Assembly: GCA_965178125.1 (NCBI GenBank) | Contig: OZ237738.1 | Coordinates: 1,426,001 to 1,490,000 of the forward strand | Direction of reading: 5' to 3' | Length of the DNA: 64,000 bases | Origin: Bilabrum cf. latius | Lineage: Eukaryota | Shown here: positions 25,601-36,037 of the stretch, piece by piece | Position numbering within the stretch: the stretch's first letter is position 1 | Layout of the letters: each line of letters begins with the position of its first letter | Notes under the pieces: model-generated | The model's database searches: none | Told to the model about the DNA's origin: nothing | What the model saw: only the letters and a program-made list of their open reading frames with translations | Translations under genes and position numbers: made by a program

Positions 25601-27403
25601 GCCAGGGTGCTCACGGACCGTGCCATCGCCAGCTACCATAAGTCCCAGGAGGCCGTGGTGGAGCTGTACGGTGCCCTGGGGCTGACTCGGGAGATCGACG
25701 GGGAGCTGCCCGAGGCAGAGGTGGCGGCCGCGGGGCTTCGCGCAGCCCGACCCGAGATCGTGTTCGTGCTCGGGGGGCCAGGCAGCGGCAAGGGCACCGT
25801 GTGCGCCAACCTGGTGCGGGACGAGGGCTTCGTGCACCTGAGCGCGGGGGATCTCCTGCGGGCCGAAAAGCAGCGCGACAGCGAGCACGGCACTATGATC
25901 GCCGCGTGCATCCGTGAGGGCAGCCTCGTCCCCGTGGCTGTCACGTTGGCGCTGCTCAAGGCTGCGATCGAGGGTAACGGCGGCAGGAAGTTCCTCGTGG
26001 ACGGCTTCCCTCGTGCAGCTGACCAGGCCGAGGAGTTCGAGAAGGTGCTTGGCAAGCCGGACCGCGTGATCTACCTCGACTGCCCCGAGGGCACGATGCG
26101 TGAGAGGCTCATGGAGAGGGGCAAGACCAGCGGGCGGGCCGACGACAACGAAGAGACCATCATGAAGCGGTTCAAGACGTTCCAGGACCAGTCGGTGCCG
26201 GTGGTGCACCGGTACGCGAGGGAGGGGCTGGTGGTGAACGTGGACGCGACAGCAGGCAGAGACGAGGTGTACCAGCAGGTGACGGAGCTGATGGCACCGC
26301 AGGTGTTCTTTGTGGCAGGAGGACCGGGCAGCGGCAAGGGCACGCAGTGCTCTCGACTTAGGGCCGAGTTCGGGTTCACCCACCTGAGCACCGGCGACAT
26401 CTTGCGCGCCAACGTCGCGAGGGGTACCCCCGAGGGCGAGCTGCTGGACAGCTACATGAAAGAGGGCAAGATGGTGCCTATGGACGTCATCATGGACGCC
26501 ATGAAGAAGGCCATGAGCAACGCGGGGCCTGGGAGATTCCTCCTCGATGGGTTCCCCAGGACCCTTGAGCAGGCGCTGGCCTACGAGGAGAAGCTGGGCA
26601 AGCCCGACGGAGTGCTCTTCTTCGACTGCCCCGAGGGCACGATGCGTGAGAGGCTCATGGAGAGGGGCAAGACCAGCGGGCGGGTGGACGACAACGAAGA
26701 GACCATCATGAAGCGGTTCAAGACGTTCCAGGAAACCACGCTCCCCGTGATCGCCCACTACAGAGAACAGGGCCTCCTTTGGCAGTTCTCCTCGATCCCG
26801 CCCAAGGATGTCGTGTACGCCTCGGTCCGTGAAAAGTTCATGCCGGAGCTCGTTGTGCTCGCAGGGGCGACCGGCTCCGGGCGCGGGGAGTTCTCGGCTC
26901 GGGCCGGGCTGCACCTGGGCTTCCACACGCTGCGCGTGAGCAAGCTGCTGGAGGAGGAGGCCGGGCGCGGCTCCGTGCACTCTGCGGGCGTGGCGCTCGC
27001 CCTGCGCACCAAGCGCACGGCACCCCTCGATGCGACCACATCTGTGCTGAGGCGGGCCATCCTGGCGTCCCCCGCGCGCCGGTTCCTGCTGGACGGGTTC
27101 CCTCGGGTGGTGAGCGAGGGCTTCCCCTCGGTGCACGACCAGGTGTTCGCGGTGGAGCAGGCAGTGGGCCCCATCCGCGGGTGCGTGTGCCTGGATGCGT
27201 CTGCCGACCAGAGGCAGGTGCGCGTGTCGGAGTCGCCTACGGTGGGCCAGCTGGCGGCGCTGCAGAGGAGCTTGCAGGTATTTGCGAGGGAGAAGCTGCC
27301 CGTGGTGCGGTTCTTCGGCAAGCTGAGCAAGACCTTCGTGGTGGACACCTCGGAGCGGTCGCCGGATGACGTGTGGGCCGAGGCGCAGCCTTTCCTGGAG
27401 TGA
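22643..27403 (+). CDS. Multidomain nucleoside-diphosphate kinase / Dpy-30-like / adenylate kinase fusion (~1,586 aa)
   Basis: NDK motifs 'EQTLALVKPD' and 'RNATHGSDS' (twice), plus one degenerate NDK repeat. A Dpy-30-like 'LVRALTALAKAKP...FLGRWLLENNP' follows. There are five AK P-loops: GPPGAGKGT, GGPGAGKST, GGPGSGKGT twice, and degenerate GATGSGRG. TAGs at 22853 and 23039 are read through. Ends TGA. Confidence 0.92.
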
Positions 27404-27606
27404 TCTGAGGACCAGGACACCCAGCATTTGACTTGCTAGACACGTACTTTAAACGAGCTAATGCAGCACAAAGCAGCGAGGCACAGCGTGATCACGAATC
27501 CGCAGATCAAATTGAGTGCAGTTCACAGTGGTTCCAACACACACCTTTATCCAGACCTAAATCAGATTTAGCTTGCGAATCTACTATGAGCAGTTTCAAA
27601 CCCACA

Positions 27607-30595
27607 TCACTTCTTTTTCTTCTTCTTCTTGTCCCCTCCCTCCGCGTCCTCCCTCAGCTTCGCCCTCGCCTCCTTGTACCCAGTGATGGCGTCGTGGAAG
27701 CCGGCCCACTCCTTGTCCTCGTCCGCGAACACGCGGTGGCACCGGGCCAGCACGCCGAGGAACTCAGATTCCTGAAGCGGCCGCTTCTTCATCCGTTGGA
27801 TGCGGCGGCGGCTCAGCGTCGCGCGCACGGCCTTGAGTATGCTGCCCACGCTGTAGCCCGCGCTGATGTGCGCCAGGGAGGAGAAGTCCATCCCCTCGGC
27901 CCGGATGGGCGACTGGGCCGCCCGAAGCGCTCCCTCGATGGCCCTTTGCCACGTGTGCAACCTCGAGGCGTAGTCAGGCAAGGGACAGTAGATGTACTTG
28001 TCGAAGAGCGCCCTGTACTGCTTTTCCTCTCCGACCCACGGCTGGTTGGAGCAACCGATGATGAGCACCGCGTCGTCCGGCTGGAGGCTCTTCACGTACG
28101 TCGGCCAGTCCTTCCTGAATCTACTGAGGTCTTCGCCCTCGTCCCCGCCCTTGCCTTTCTTTTTCTTCTTCTTTTTCTTGGGATTCACGGCTAGCTTGTG
28201 GGCGTCATCAACGTAGAGCACCACGGGCTGGTTCGTCTTGTCCCTGGCCACTTCGAACACCATGTGCAGGAATTTGGCGGCCTCCTTCTTGTCCGAGTAC
28301 TTGCCCTCCAGGTTGCCCGCGCTCAGGTTCATGAAGAGCGCGCCCGCCTGGTTTGCGACGGCCTGCGCGAGCATGGTCTTGCCGCTCCCGTGGGGGCCGT
28401 ACAGCAGCAAGCTGCGAGGGGCCGGCCCCAGCTGCCTGGCCTCGCAGTAGTCGTGCTGCCCCATGCGCACCGCCTCGCTGCCCAGAGGCAGCACAGCGTA
28501 CTCTGTGATCGCCTGCCTGACTTGCTGCGCGGAGGGGTTCGCTGGCACCCAGTGAGGGTCCTCCGGGTTGCTCTGGTCCACGTACGCCGCCGATGTGCTC
28601 GTGGCGCGGGCCGTCGCGAGGAAATCGAACTGCCCGGAAAATGCCTCGATCCTGAGCCCCGGGTCCGTGTCATTGATGATCTTCTGCTCGATGAGCTCCG
28701 AGAGCATGTCGCTGACGGTCATGTCTCCCACCTGCTTGAGGCCGGGCAGCTTCTTGCCCTTGCCCTTCTTGCCCTTGCCTTTGCCCTTCTTGCCTTTGCC
28801 CTTCTTCTTTTTCTTCTTCTTGCCCGCGTTAATCACCGATTCCCAGTTGGCTAGCTGCTCCATCAGAGCCTTGTCCACCTCTTCCCTCAGCTAAGCCTCC
28901 ACAGCGGGACGGCTGCCCTCCTTGGCCAGGTCCTCGTCATACCTCGCCGGCCCGCTGCCACCGCCCGCGCCCGACGCAGCGCTGGCACTTGCAAGGGTGT
29001 CGTCTCGGTCCAGCCACGTCGCCTCGTAGCCTCTGATGAGCTTCTCCAAAAACTGTGTGTAGTCGGATCGTCCCACCAGAGGCTGAGGCATCTCGGGTGC
29101 ATCGTCCTCGTCCCCACCCTTCTTGCCCTTGCCTTTGCCCTTCCCTTTGTCTCCCTTTCCCTTGTCTCCCTTCCCCTTGCCCCCTTTCGCCGCCGCCTCT
29201 GCCTCCTCGCTCGCCTTGCTCTCTTCTGGAGTCGCCTGGAATTGGGCATAGTACGGCTCCAGAGTCTCCGGCACCTGGCCCCCGTCCCCGACCACCTGCG
29301 CCACCCATTCCGACCTGTCCCTAAACATCCTGTCCCGCATGTCCGTGCCCTCCTCGTCCAGAACGGTCTGCCGTAGCTCCACCAGCGCAGCTTCGTACTC
29401 CTCCTTGTCCTACCTCCGCTCTTCTCTCCTCACCGCGTCTGCCTCTGCCTTGGCTTCCTCCAAGGCCTCGAGCGCGTCGGGCGGCGGCGCCTTCATCCCG
29501 ATGAACTCCAGCTCCTCCTCCTTCTTCTTCTTGGCGGCCATGCGGCTGAGGTATCCCCTAGTCACCCGCTGCATCACCTCGGCTGCCGCCTCCACGTCCA
29601 TCCCCCCGCCCCCGCTCCCTCCCCCTCCCCCTCCCCCTCTCGAGTCGTCCGCGCCAGCCCCCGATGCAGGCCCACCGCCCCGACCACCCCCTAGCCCCAG
29701 CCCCAGGCCCAGGCCCAGTCCATCGGCGCCCCCCTCCGCTACACCCATGCCCCCCCTTGCACCCCCTTCGTACAGTCCCTGGCTCTGGTCCAGCTCGCCT
29801 GCCCTCCTGACAGCGTGTCCCCGCATGAGCCCCTGCCGCCCGCGCTCGTTCCGACGGATGATCGCGATGGCGTCTTCGGGCCGCATGCGCTCGCCCTCGT
29901 CCTCGAATAGGACGTCGTCCATCTCTACCAGGATTCGCTCGGCGCCGCTGTGCTTCTCTCTCATGATAGATCGAACCACTTCCGACCTCGCGGCCAGCTC
30001 CTTCTCCCTGTCTTCGACGAAGTACCGCGGGACGGGGAGATCAACGGCTTCTGGCTGCAGCTTCAAGTCCTGGAGCAGAGAATCGATAGCAACGTACTCC
30101 CAAGGAAAGTGGAACGCGGCAGTCGTTCCAGGGGGGGCTAGGCCGGGGTTTGGCGGGTTCCACTTGACGAGCTCGTGCTTGATCTGAACCACGCGCGTCA
30201 TGACGGCCTCCAGGGTCCTCCGAACGGCAACACGCTTCTGCGGATGACGCATTCCATTGTAGCAGTCGTTCAATTTTCGAAATATCTGAATGTACCTGAC
30301 ATACAGGGCCAAGTAGTGGTGAAATGCTTCAGTTCTGGTTGGCGTGGCGCTACTGAGGCCAGGATGGTCTGGCGGCAAATCCAGCGTGGGGTCTTCGATA
30401 TGGAGCTATTCATTTAGGTCTGTCATTGCCTCTTGCCACAAGGCGTCCATAGTGCTGCGAGGAGAGTGATTTTCATCTAAAGATTGCATCCAGTCGATGG
30501 GTAGCCGCTAAATTCGAGATCCACTCATAACGCACCCACAGTGGCGTGAAAAACAAAGGAACTACGGTATAATGTGCAACTCACGCGGACGACAT
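27607..30595 (-). CDS. IQCA1: IQ and AAA domain protein (dynein regulatory complex DRC11)
   Basis: N-terminus 'MSSA/TMDALWQEAMTDLNE*LHIE' (intron 30455-30584), 'HPQKR', IQ-like motifs, Lys-rich tracts, and AAA 'LLLYGPHGSGKTML'. Three in-frame TAGs (~30406, 29410, 28891). Ends TGA. Confidence 0.9.
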
Positions 30596-30688
30596 GGCAG
30601 TTGTTTCAGTGCGTCCAGCACTATGGGCCTCCAAACTCGGTATCCGTTGTCGCGACCAAAAGCGGAACCAATGGTGCGCGGCGCCATG

Positions 30689-33463
30689 TCACGTTGTCCG
30701 CGTCTGTTCGAGCCGTGCAGCCAAGGACCGCACCCAATCCTGCGCATCCACGATTGCTGGCAAGACACCCGGGTCTTTCACGCCGGCTGGCTGCCTCCCA
30801 AGGGCTACTTCGGCACCGCGCTCGCCCCTCCCTCCCGCGGCGCTGCCAATGGACGGTGCTTCCTAGCCCTAGCCCCCGCCCAGCCTCCGCGCCACCAGGG
30901 CTCCGTACCCGCCGGGTGGCGCCCAGCCCCTGTGAATGACCTTCACTCCCAGGCGGCGATAAAACCCCTCGAGAAATGTCGCGGAAACGGCCCCGCTACC
31001 AGTGTCCAACCCCAGCTCGCGCTCTGCCTCCTCCACGGCCTGCTCGTCGCTCAGCGAACGTTCGGCGATGTTCCTCAGCGCGGCACGCACCACCATGGCG
31101 TCGTGCCTGAGGCTGACGATCCCCGTGCGGCTCTCAGTGTTGGTGAAGAGACCGGCAGCCACCTGCCCCACCCCCATCTGCAGAGCCACCACGCCTTTGG
31201 GGCCCAGTGAAATGAGGGGGGCACCCGCAGCCACCGCTGCTTCCTCGGCGAAGGAAGAGGACAGCGCGTGCACCACCAAGTGGCAGCTGCTCAGCGACAG
31301 CCAGTCCTGCAGGGCAGCCTGCACGCCTGCAGCACTGGATCGTCCGTCGTGCACCGAGCTAAAGCCCCCACCTGCTACCGCCCCCGCCCCTGCACCTGCA
31401 CCTGCACCTGCACCTGCACCTGCACCTGCACCTGCACCTGCACCTGCACCTGCACCTGCACCTGCACCTGCACCTGCACCTGCTTCACCCGACCCGAACA
31501 GCCCGATCCCGGCCGCCTCGTCCACTGCTCTTTCATGCTGTTCCCGCTCCTGCTCCGAGTAGGCCTCGGCAGACCCAGACCCAGACCCAGACCCAGCCCC
31601 GGCCTCCGCTCCGCCGCCCGGCCGTCTCCTCTTCCTCTCTGCTGCAGCCGCCCGTCTCCTCGCCGTCCGGCCCTCACCGAAATCGATCGCGTCAGCTGCA
31701 CCGCTGGCCATGGCCCCCGCCTCTTTGGCCAGTCTCCGGAGCTTCTTGTGGATCCCCCTCTCCCGCCTCAGGATGGTCTGGATCCACGACGGAGACATCG
31801 CGCCGGTATTCGGCTCCGGGTCATCCCACGAGGACCCCTCGGCTGCCATCCCGGCGGCCCTCGCCTTGGCACGCCCCGAGATATTTAGCAGCGCCGCGGT
31901 TACCCACTTCCGGTTTGAGGCGGGCACCAAGGTCCAGGACCTCGCCCTCCGTGTGGCGAGGCCCCGTGCCCCCAGGGAGGAAGGGAGGGCTCGGGGCTGC
32001 GGAACCAGCGCCGCGCATTCGCACTCGCTCGCTCGAGGCCCCGCAGGATCCACATCCCCGAGTCTGCCCCGCAGAGCCGCGGGCGAGTCCCCGTCCCAGC
32101 CGCACCGCAGTCCAGTGCACCCCAGAGCGCGCACGAGGAAGGATGCGTACCTGGCAGGCGGGGCCACGCGGCTGAAGCTACCGCTGTCCGTTGTTCCCTG
32201 GGCTCCCCCGCCAGGCACCACTGGCCAGTCGAACCGCCCATCATCCACGCGCACGTGCAGCCCCAGCCGAAACGAGTCTGTTTTCCCGCTTCCCTTCACC
32301 CAGACACTGGGGGCGGGCATCCACTCCTTCCGCGGCGCATACCTGCCGCATACTGGAGCTGCTGCTGCTGCTGGCTGCTGCTGCGAGTGCTGCTCGCCCG
32401 TCTAGGGTGCAGCGCACGATCGCATGGACCGGGCGACCTTTTGGAGCACCAGCGCCTCCTCGGTGTCCTAAGCGCCGCCCGCTGAGTTCCCCAGAACCGC
32501 CGCCCTCATCCCCGCCCGCACCAGCGGCCAGAGCACGCCCCTGTAGAAGGCCCTCCTCCTCAGCTGTGCCTCGCGGCTCGACAGGTACACCAGGCGAAGG
32601 AAAGAGGTCGAGTCGATCGACGCCCAGCCGCGGCCAAAGCCCGGCTCTGCCCAGGACCATGACGGCGAGGCTCGCTGCGAACCTTCGCTCCTCGCTTCGA
32701 GCATCTCGAGGACTCTGCCCAGGACGTGGAGGTCGAACCTTCCCCTTGTGGCGCCCGTGAGCTGCTGCGTGACGTCTTCCGCCAGGGAACAGCCCATGCT
32801 GCGGTAGCGGGCCCGCCGTTCGAGGGTGCTCCTGCTGGCAGTCTCGTTTACGGCGCAGAAGCCGCGAGTGATGCGAGCAGTGCGGCCGTCGGGCAGCTAC
32901 TTTTCGCAGCTGCTCCGGTCGTAGAAATCCTGGAAGCAGGGCCCGTCGTACCGAAACAGCTACCCGTAGGGCGGCCCGTGCCCGGCCAAGGCACCTGCTC
33001 CAGCCAGCTCGCTCCACCGCGGCAGCGGCTCGAAGAGGTCGCTCCACTCGGCCTCGCATCCAAGGCCCGGGCGCCAGTCCACGGCTACGTGCAGCTACAG
33101 ATCCTGCGCTAGAGCGTGCATTGATGCTAGCGTTCTGAACCGGTTCGCCAGGCCCAGCGTGTGCAGCGGCAGCAAAATTGCACCGCCAGACCACGGAAAC
33201 AGGTTCGCCCCAGACTTCGCATCCCCCGCCCGCTGCACAAGGCGCTCTAGAGCTTGAAAGGCCCTAAGTGTTGACCTTGACTCTGACGTAACTGCAGCTC
33301 TCGCCGAAGTTAACAGTGTTGCGGTGCATGATGGAGGCGTTGGATCTTGTCGGTCGCTCAATCGGTCCAAGGCATCGTGGTGGTGAACGCAGGAGGTTTC
33401 TCGAACCATCGCGGATTCCGCGGTGGATAGTATGGCCGCACACATAACAAAAAGTGGCAGCAT
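30689..33463 (-). CDS. Secretory-pathway glycosyltransferase, fucosyltransferase-like GT-B fold (~924 aa)
   Basis: Signal peptide 'MLPLFVMCAAILSTAESA'. Motifs 'GLANRFRTLAS...A.DL*LHVAVDW...DLF', 'LGLHVRVDD' and 'DWLSLSSCHLVVHALSSSFAEEAA'. Seven in-frame TAGs join ORFs 33095..33535, 32468..32797 and 30869..32320. Ends TGA at 30689. Confidence 0.75.
31390..31484. repeat. (CCTGCA)n hexamer microsatellite encoding an Ala-Gly repeat
   Basis: About 15 perfect units inside the glycosyltransferase reading frame. Confidence 0.95.
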
Positions 33464-33590
33464 GGTGGAATGTGACTGTGTTCTTGGCAAGAACAGAATG
33501 GCGCTTTCGCCTGTGTGTTCGTCACATGATTTCAAATTATTGTTTCACTCTCTGGCCGCTCGGCTGCACACCAAAGGAAGCCCAAGTAGA

Positions 33591-34323
33591 ATGGCGGCCT
33601 CTACTGCAACCGGAAAACCCTTAGGCCTGCCCGCAAGGGAACTTATCCGAGAGGTCCGCGGGATGGAGGGCCTACCAGCCTACAACGTGAGTGGTAGTGC
33701 AACTAGCATTTTTGCCTCACTCACGCTTGCAATCTCGATTGTATTACATCCAGATCCTCAGAATAGTTGATTAACAATTTATTGGGTTTGTTGAACCGCA
33801 GGACAATGGAGTACGCATCACAATCGCGGAGACAAATGCCCTGGTTGACGAGGTCGATGGCGTGATGGAAGCGACTGGCGGTGCTGACGCCGTAAAGAGA
33901 GACAGGTCCATGATGGCTGGTCTCATGGCGCTCAATGAGTTTGCAGTTAGGAACAGGAGGGTATTGATGGCGTATCATGAGCGGAGAGCTAGGAAAATTG
34001 AACAGATTCGATGGGACTACGGCGCAACGCTGCCTTCAGGGACAAAGAGCAGGCTTGGGGCAGGCGAACTGGACTACTTTAGGCAATACAACAGAATTTT
34101 GGCCTAGTTTGTTCGCGATTCCGGCATTGACGTGACGGTGGATTCTTGCGCTCCCGTGGGCGAGCCCCGGATCAAGGTGAGGGCGCTGTGCGACCTGACC
34201 GACGTGGTGGTGGGCGGCATCCCGAAATCGTACGTCAAGGGGCAGAGTGCCGTGGTATTCCGAAGGGACGTGGAGCACCTGGTGAGGCAGGGGAAGATGG
34301 CCCAGGAGGACGTGGCCTCTTGA
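33591..34323 (+). CDS. GINS1: GINS complex subunit Psf1
   Basis: 'ARELIRE...LPAYN/D', 'RNRRVLMAYHERR', 'ELDYFRQYNRILA*F', 'IKVRAL' and 'EHLVRQG'. Intron at 33687-33801. The TAG at 34105 would otherwise remove the B domain. Ends TGA. Confidence 0.9.
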
Positions 34324-34585
34324 GGAAGGGTGTGATCTGTTCGTGCCTAACTGCCAGTGCCAGTGGCCCGGACCTCGCGCCGCGGCTTCAATGCCATGAT
34401 CGTGGGTTGCATGTATATCCGGTATAACGACGAATGAAATCCCGCATCTCTCTCGCACAAGCATGCAGGATTGAGGTCGTTCTGTGCATGCAGCGCCTCC
34501 GCACGCGCTGCCCATTCCACACTCTCTAGGCCTCCGCAGTGCCGGACAAGCACAGGGTCGCGCAGTGCAATGCACTGTGCTGGCC

Positions 34586-35818
34586 TCACTTGCCCTTGCC
34601 CAGCCCAAGCGGAGACGTGGCGATGGCACCGGACCCACCGCTCGCCCCCGCCCCCGCCCGGGGCTTGAACCCAGCATCGCCTCCCCGTTCGCCCAATGCT
34701 TTCGCGGCCTGCTCGGCAGACTCCTCCGCCCCCACCGCACCCACACCGGGGGTGGCCGTCAGCCCTGGGGCGGCTGCCTTCGCCCTGAGCAGCTTGGCAG
34801 CGTCCAAGGCGAAGTACGTGAAGATCATGCTGGCCCCCGCTCTCTTGATGGCCAGCAAAGACTCCAGCATGGTCGAGGGCAGGTCCAGCCAGCCCTTCTG
34901 CGAGGCAGCGTGCAGCATGGCGTACTCCCCACTGACCTGGTAGGCAGCCAGGGGCAGCGCACTGCGGTGCTTGAGGTCCCTGAGGATGTCTAGGTATGGA
35001 CCCGCGGGTTTGACCATGAGGAAGTCGGCGCCTTCCTCCTCGTCCAGGCGCGTCTCCTGGGCTGCTTCCGAGGGGTTGGCGGGGTTCAGCTGGTAGGTGC
35101 GCTTGTCCAGGGCGCGGGTGCCGGCCGCCTTGGAGCTTCCCACCGCATCTCTGAACGGGCCATAGAAGGCGGACGCGAACTTGGCCGAGTACGCCATGAT
35201 GCTCGTCTGGGTGCGGCCCGCTGCGTCAAGCGCGGAGCGGATGGCGGCCACGCGGCCGTCCATCATGTCGGAAGGGGCGACCATGTCCGCGCCCGCCTCG
35301 GCGTGAAGCACCGCCATACTTGCTAGAATCTTCACGGTGGCGTCGTTGTCGACGTATCCGCCGCTGCCGTCCAGCACGCCGTCGTGGCCGTGTGACGTGT
35401 AAGGGTCCAAGGCAACATCCGTGATTACCACCAGGGAGGGAAGCGCCTCCTTGATTGCTCGCACAGCTCGAAGTACGAGGGTGTCTTTCCGCAAGCCTTC
35501 CGTGCCGACCTCGTCTTTCTTGGAGCTATCGATGCAGGGGAAAATGGCGATGGCAGGAATTCCGAGCGACAAGGCCTCAGCAGCAGCCTTTATCGTCCCT
35601 GCGATGTTCCTCCGAACGACCCCGGGCATAGATCCTACATGCTCGTCCGGGGTGTCGTCTCCATCAAGGATAAACATGGGCAGAACGAAGTCTGATGGAT
35701 CCAGCTTCACCTCCTCAACCATGGCGCGCACGGCTGGAGTTACACGTAAGCGCCGTAATCGCCTAGGGATACCAGCTTCCTTTGAATTACTTCCAGACCC
35801 CGATGCCGCCGATGCCAT
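34586..35818 (-). CDS. hemB: Delta-aminolevulinic acid dehydratase (porphobilinogen synthase), Asp-rich non-zinc type
   Basis: 'RRLRRLR', 'DVALDPYTSHGHDG', 'APSDMMDGRV', 'YSAKFASAFYGPFRDA', 'MVKPA' and 'AYQVSGEYAM'. No in-frame TAG. Ends TGA. Confidence 0.95.
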   Translation of the reverse strand: MASAASGSGSNSKEAGIPRRLRRLRVTPAVRAMVEEVKLDPSDFVLPMFILDGDDTPDEHVGSMPGVVRRNIAGTIKAAAEALSLGIPAIAIFPCIDSSKKDEVGTEGLRKDTLVLRAVRAIKEALPSLVVITDVALDPYTSHGHDGVLDGSGGYVDNDATVKILASMAVLHAEAGADMVAPSDMMDGRVAAIRSALDAAGRTQTSIMAYSAKFASAFYGPFRDAVGSSKAAGTRALDKRTYQLNPANPSEAAQETRLDEEEGADFLMVKPAGPYLDILRDLKHRSALPLAAYQVSGEYAMLHAASQKGWLDLPSTMLESLLAIKRAGASMIFTYFALDAAKLLRAKAAAPGLTATPGVGAVGAEESAEQAAKALGERGGDAGFKPRAGAGASGGSGAIATSPLGLGKGK

Positions 35819-36037
35819 GCTTGCAACCTTTTTACTGCCTAGTGGATGCCGCAGGCTGCCGAACACCAGCCGAGCTCCGATCGAAGGAGAGGTGCTCTTG
35901 TGAGGCATTTGAAGTAAGACGATCTGGCTCTTGGGTCTATTGCCGTCTTTATTTAAGTCTCAGCCGTCTAGTAGAGGCACGTTATCCTATTTAGTACAAT
36001 GGCCGCCTGAAACCTAGTCTGATATCTAAGCGTTGCC

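Noticed and set aside
24140-27427. Long antisense ORFs (1,095 aa here; also 3704..5383, 8577..9797, 45921..47888, 57115..58251, 62494..63795)
   Set aside because: These are shadows of GC3-rich sense genes and have no recognisable motifs.
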